Source: Eubacteriales bacterium | Lineage (GTDB): Bacteria; Bacillota; Clostridia; Lachnospirales; JAVBJY01 | NCBI GenBank assembly: GCA_031546735.1 | Contig: JAVBJY010000103.1 | Location: 1-58,813 of the forward strand | Length of the DNA: 58,813 nt | Reading direction: 5' to 3' | In this document: piece by piece, positions 57,401-58,813 of the stretch | Layout of the letters: every line of letters begins with the position of its first letter | How positions within the stretch are numbered: the stretch's first letter is position 1 | Position numbers and translations under genes: made by a program | Notes under the pieces: generated by a model | Told to the model about the DNA's origin: nothing | The model's input: the letters and a program-made list of their open reading frames with translations, nothing else | Databases searched by the model: none

Positions 57401-58515
57401 AGTGCAATATTATTTTCTCCGCTACCAAAGCTACAGTTTATAACGCTTACATTCATTTTTTTTGCATATTCAATCGCCTCTATAATCTTACTGGTAGATG
57501 CTTTGCCTTCTGAAAAAACGCGAAGAGGCATTATCTTTATGTTATTTTCGTTTAAGCGTAGTAGAGGATCTGCGCTACTTTTTCCCGCTATAATACCAGC
57601 TATATGTGTACCATGCGCTCGATCTATTCCCCATTGTGGGTTATTCACTATTCCATTTTTATCGATAAAATTGTAGCCGTGTATGTCGCCTACGAACGAA
57701 TTCGCATCCGCATCATTTCCATCTTCCAATTCATTTGGGTTTGTCCAAATACTGGGGGCAAGTTCGCTGTTCGTGATATCGATCCCTGTATCAATAACGG
57801 CCACAATAATTTCGTTGGATTCTGTCAAATTCTTTTGTTCATCAGGTACGGTGGTTTCGTCTGGCGCGAGGGTTTCATCAGGTAGAATGGTTTCGTCTGG
57901 ATGACCAATTGGGTTCGCTTCATCTGTTGGTTCTGGTTGGTTTATGTCTGTCGATGGCTCTACTGCCACAGAGGTTTCTGTTGCTTCTACTCCATCTGCA
58001 GGGGATACATTATCTGGCGCTATGTTGTCTAGGGGATTTTCGGCTTCATGGTTTGATGTGTTATCTTGTAGATTATCAAAGCCCACGTCTGAAGAGTTAC
58101 CCTCATTTGATGGTTCGTATTCTGATAGTTCGAATTCATAATCTGGCATGATATATTCTATATCGCCATCTTTAAGTTGCGAAACGGCATCTTCCGGAAG
58201 AACACTGTTGTCGAGTGTGACGACTTCAAAGTTCTTCAAAGTACCCAGGTGTGACCTATTTCTTATTTTATTTCGACCTCTGGATTTGCTTTTTCCTACT
58301 TCACTTTCGTCTTTGTAGCGTATGATGTAAGAGTCTGTCTTAAACTTTATGGCATCTTGATCCACTGTCTTTGCGCGTGCCTTGCGCTCCTCCATGTTTG
58401 TTTGTGACTTGGCATCGGGGACAAAGCTTGTACTGTTTGTTTCTGAAAATGCAGGTACACTTTGCACTAACATTGAGACAACGAGCCCCATACTGAGTAG
58501 TTGCTTTAGCTTCAT
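54451..58515 (-). CDS. Secreted subtilisin-like (S8) serine protease fused to a long array of RCC1-type beta-propeller repeats
   Basis: 1354 aa. Signal peptide, I9-like propeptide, acidic P/D/E/T linker (PDETILPDETLAPDETTVPDEQ). Catalytic D (VAVIDTGID), H (HGTHIAGII), N (NCSFGS), S (GTSMSAAVVTG). At least 11 repeats of the type W.WG.N.YGQLG.G, then a C-terminal beta domain of about 130 aa. Confidence 0.85.
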   Translation of the reverse strand: MKLKQLLSMGLVVSMLVQSVPAFSETNSTSFVPDAKSQTNMEERKARAKTVDQDAIKFKTDSYIIRYKDESEVGKSKSRGRNKIRNRSHLGTLKNFEVVTLDNSVLPEDAVSQLKDGDIEYIMPDYEFELSEYEPSNEGNSSDVGFDNLQDNTSNHEAENPLDNIAPDNVSPADGVEATETSVAVEPSTDINQPEPTDEANPIGHPDETILPDETLAPDETTVPDEQKNLTESNEIIVAVIDTGIDITNSELAPSIWTNPNELEDGNDADANSFVGDIHGYNFIDKNGIVNNPQWGIDRAHGTHIAGIIAGKSSADPLLRLNENNIKIMPLRVFSEGKASTSKIIEAIEYAKKMNVSVINCSFGSGENNIALKEAIENAPEILFVCAAGNGRVNLDETPIYPAAYDLPNVISVTSANVDGGLSYFSNFGQNSVDIAACGKEIESTFPNNERGTITGTSMSAAVVTGAAALIKSNNKSFDANEIKSALVQGSDKISPLSQYVNQSSKLNIADSLNGEIKNDIANVNAKDEFTPNTNQDVSKEMTLFNATKTIKISSSNTHTLALKSDGTVWAWGNNTYGQLGNGTYEDDLIPRQMMGVDSIRDVSAGDGFSIMRQGGGRVWSCGRSNYGQLGINTTSNRNIPMQIPGLNNIEYISAGRNHVLAVNNVDGHIYSWGYNGADYSTLGIGTSTTSYKAYPVEISFPPHVYIDKLSAGDGVSFALERVTHKVWSWGSGYGLGQGEQVLKSNVPRMIKFSDNNSGECKDIFASNYTNFVVTSSGAVYGCGDTDYEVTLGWYLYDNYDAWGNIKPYYHTFVPVSKRLCPEGTDVKSLDCSLEYATCLGTDGKLTLVGDPGFAPYPETFQSITGVTSVSAAKDDFLYSKNDGTMWGIGFNFYGQVGVGSRDVVYEWAKVGKAISRTVKVSEGKNHHMLLKADGTVWTWGNNSNGQLGLGDKNDRQTPCEVPVSYIVDIAAGTNYSMAVDEFGAVWAWGSNGYGQLGDGTWVDNTEPVRVALPYTARIKSISAGDRHVMALTQDNEAWIWGANDKNQLGTNESDAAKSNRNIPIRIANLTSIKQVSAGIDHSVLLKTDGTLYTWGDNTYGQLGNGSTATVRKPVSIENIGRDAYVSAGGYHTIVMASEDLLRGCGKADDGQLGAAYTTSQTRLVPISLPKMGYTMPIKAKKIDAGAYYTCLVDSRGELYGFGNPDPSSAIQMKYVGKKIDIGTVQEISAGYSSQIALMGDKTIYELGRDGRQIPEIVLDDYDTETSSPYFSLAGTVVDRRGIQSIAYKIQNENNGVIFDEVLYSGEEYDKQTRYDFDSGKLELKGGHNAITLIVTNFEDETYEKSIDINYLKQ

Positions 58516-58561
58516 AAACGTACTCCCTCCTATGTGTAAACAAAACGACAGTTACATTTTG

Positions 58562-58590
58562 ATTGTATACATAATCTCGAAATATGTCAA
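58562..58590 (-). promoter_or_regulatory. Consensus-like promoter of the S8-RCC1 gene
   Basis: Minus strand: TTGACA (58590-58585), 17 nt spacer, TACAAT (58567-58562). AGGAGGGAG RBS before the ATG at 58515. Confidence 0.6.
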
Positions 58591-58702
58591 CTTAATTTTC
58601 TAATTTTTCCTTCTTAAAGTATTGCATATTTTTTTATGATAGTATGGGCAATTTTAAGCCTAAATGAAGAATACGCATGTTGCATTTATTTCATGTCCAC
58701 GT

Positions 58703-58813
58703 ATGCGGCTCCATTGCATCGACCAGACCATGGATGTTGAAGACGAGGCGTTTGCGCAATGTTTTGGGATTCGATACACAGAGAAGGGCGGCTTCCCCGT
58801 GAATGGGAAGCCG
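58703..58813 (+). pseudogene. Relic resembling the 3' end of a class III aminotransferase (argD-like) plus its terminator hairpin
   Basis: 58718-58759 aligns by eye to 47140-47181 (29/42 identical; CIDQTMDVEDEAFA versus DIDKAMGILDEALA) with the stop TAA changed to CAA. 58780-58813 is near-identical (2 mismatches) to the argD terminator at 47202-47235. There is no upstream aminotransferase body. Confidence 0.4.

Noticed and set aside
1-58813. Search for tRNA, rRNA, tmRNA, reverse transcriptase/retron, Cas genes, restriction-modification or other canonical defence genes
   Set aside because: Nothing was recognisable by eye in any intergenic region or ORF translation. Absence should be confirmed with tRNAscan-SE, Infernal and DefenseFinder.

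Overview
This is a 58.8 kb, gene-dense chromosomal segment that looks like Firmicutes/Clostridia, judged from AGGAGG-type ribosome-binding sites, sigma-A type promoters, gene content and a bifurcating FeFe hydrogenase. Most of it is housekeeping. In order: a surface-glycan module (GNAT / PseB-like dehydratase / FkbH-like HAD-GNAT), a PLP decarboxylase, a DUF815 ATPase, an orphan TRAP binding protein and a MATE pump. Next comes a strongly promoted S-layer-like protein followed by a TolC-like protein, then trxA-murI-ddl-nadE-purF, a PEGA protein, proS, glgA, pepF, HIT and DUF362. These are followed by a DUF2461-SWIM-SNF2 trio, a hydABC-type hydrogenase operon, and argGH divergent from argCJB-[insertion]-argD. 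The window ends with an AT-richer patch of decayed genes (hicB with a hicA stub, a methyltransferase stub, MepB, a permease), an ABC-2 exporter, and a 1354-aa secreted S8 protease fused to RCC1 propellers. I saw no rRNA, tRNA, CRISPR array, reverse transcriptase or canonical defence island. The most unusual locus is an IS607-like element whose serine recombinase is internally deleted and frameshifted, while its 412-aa TnpB keeps all RuvC and zinc-finger motifs. It sits co-directionally between argB and argD, so the predicted omegaRNA guide would be the argD leader. Other points worth a second look: two repeat families (a GC-rich MITE-like palindrome that falsely extends the proS ORF, and a GGGCGGCTTCCC...AAGCCGCCC hairpin family), a relic copy of the argD 3' end, shared TGAATAATA half-sites in the divergent arg promoters, and several structured leaders. 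All product calls come from motif recognition by eye. No database search or GC computation was run.
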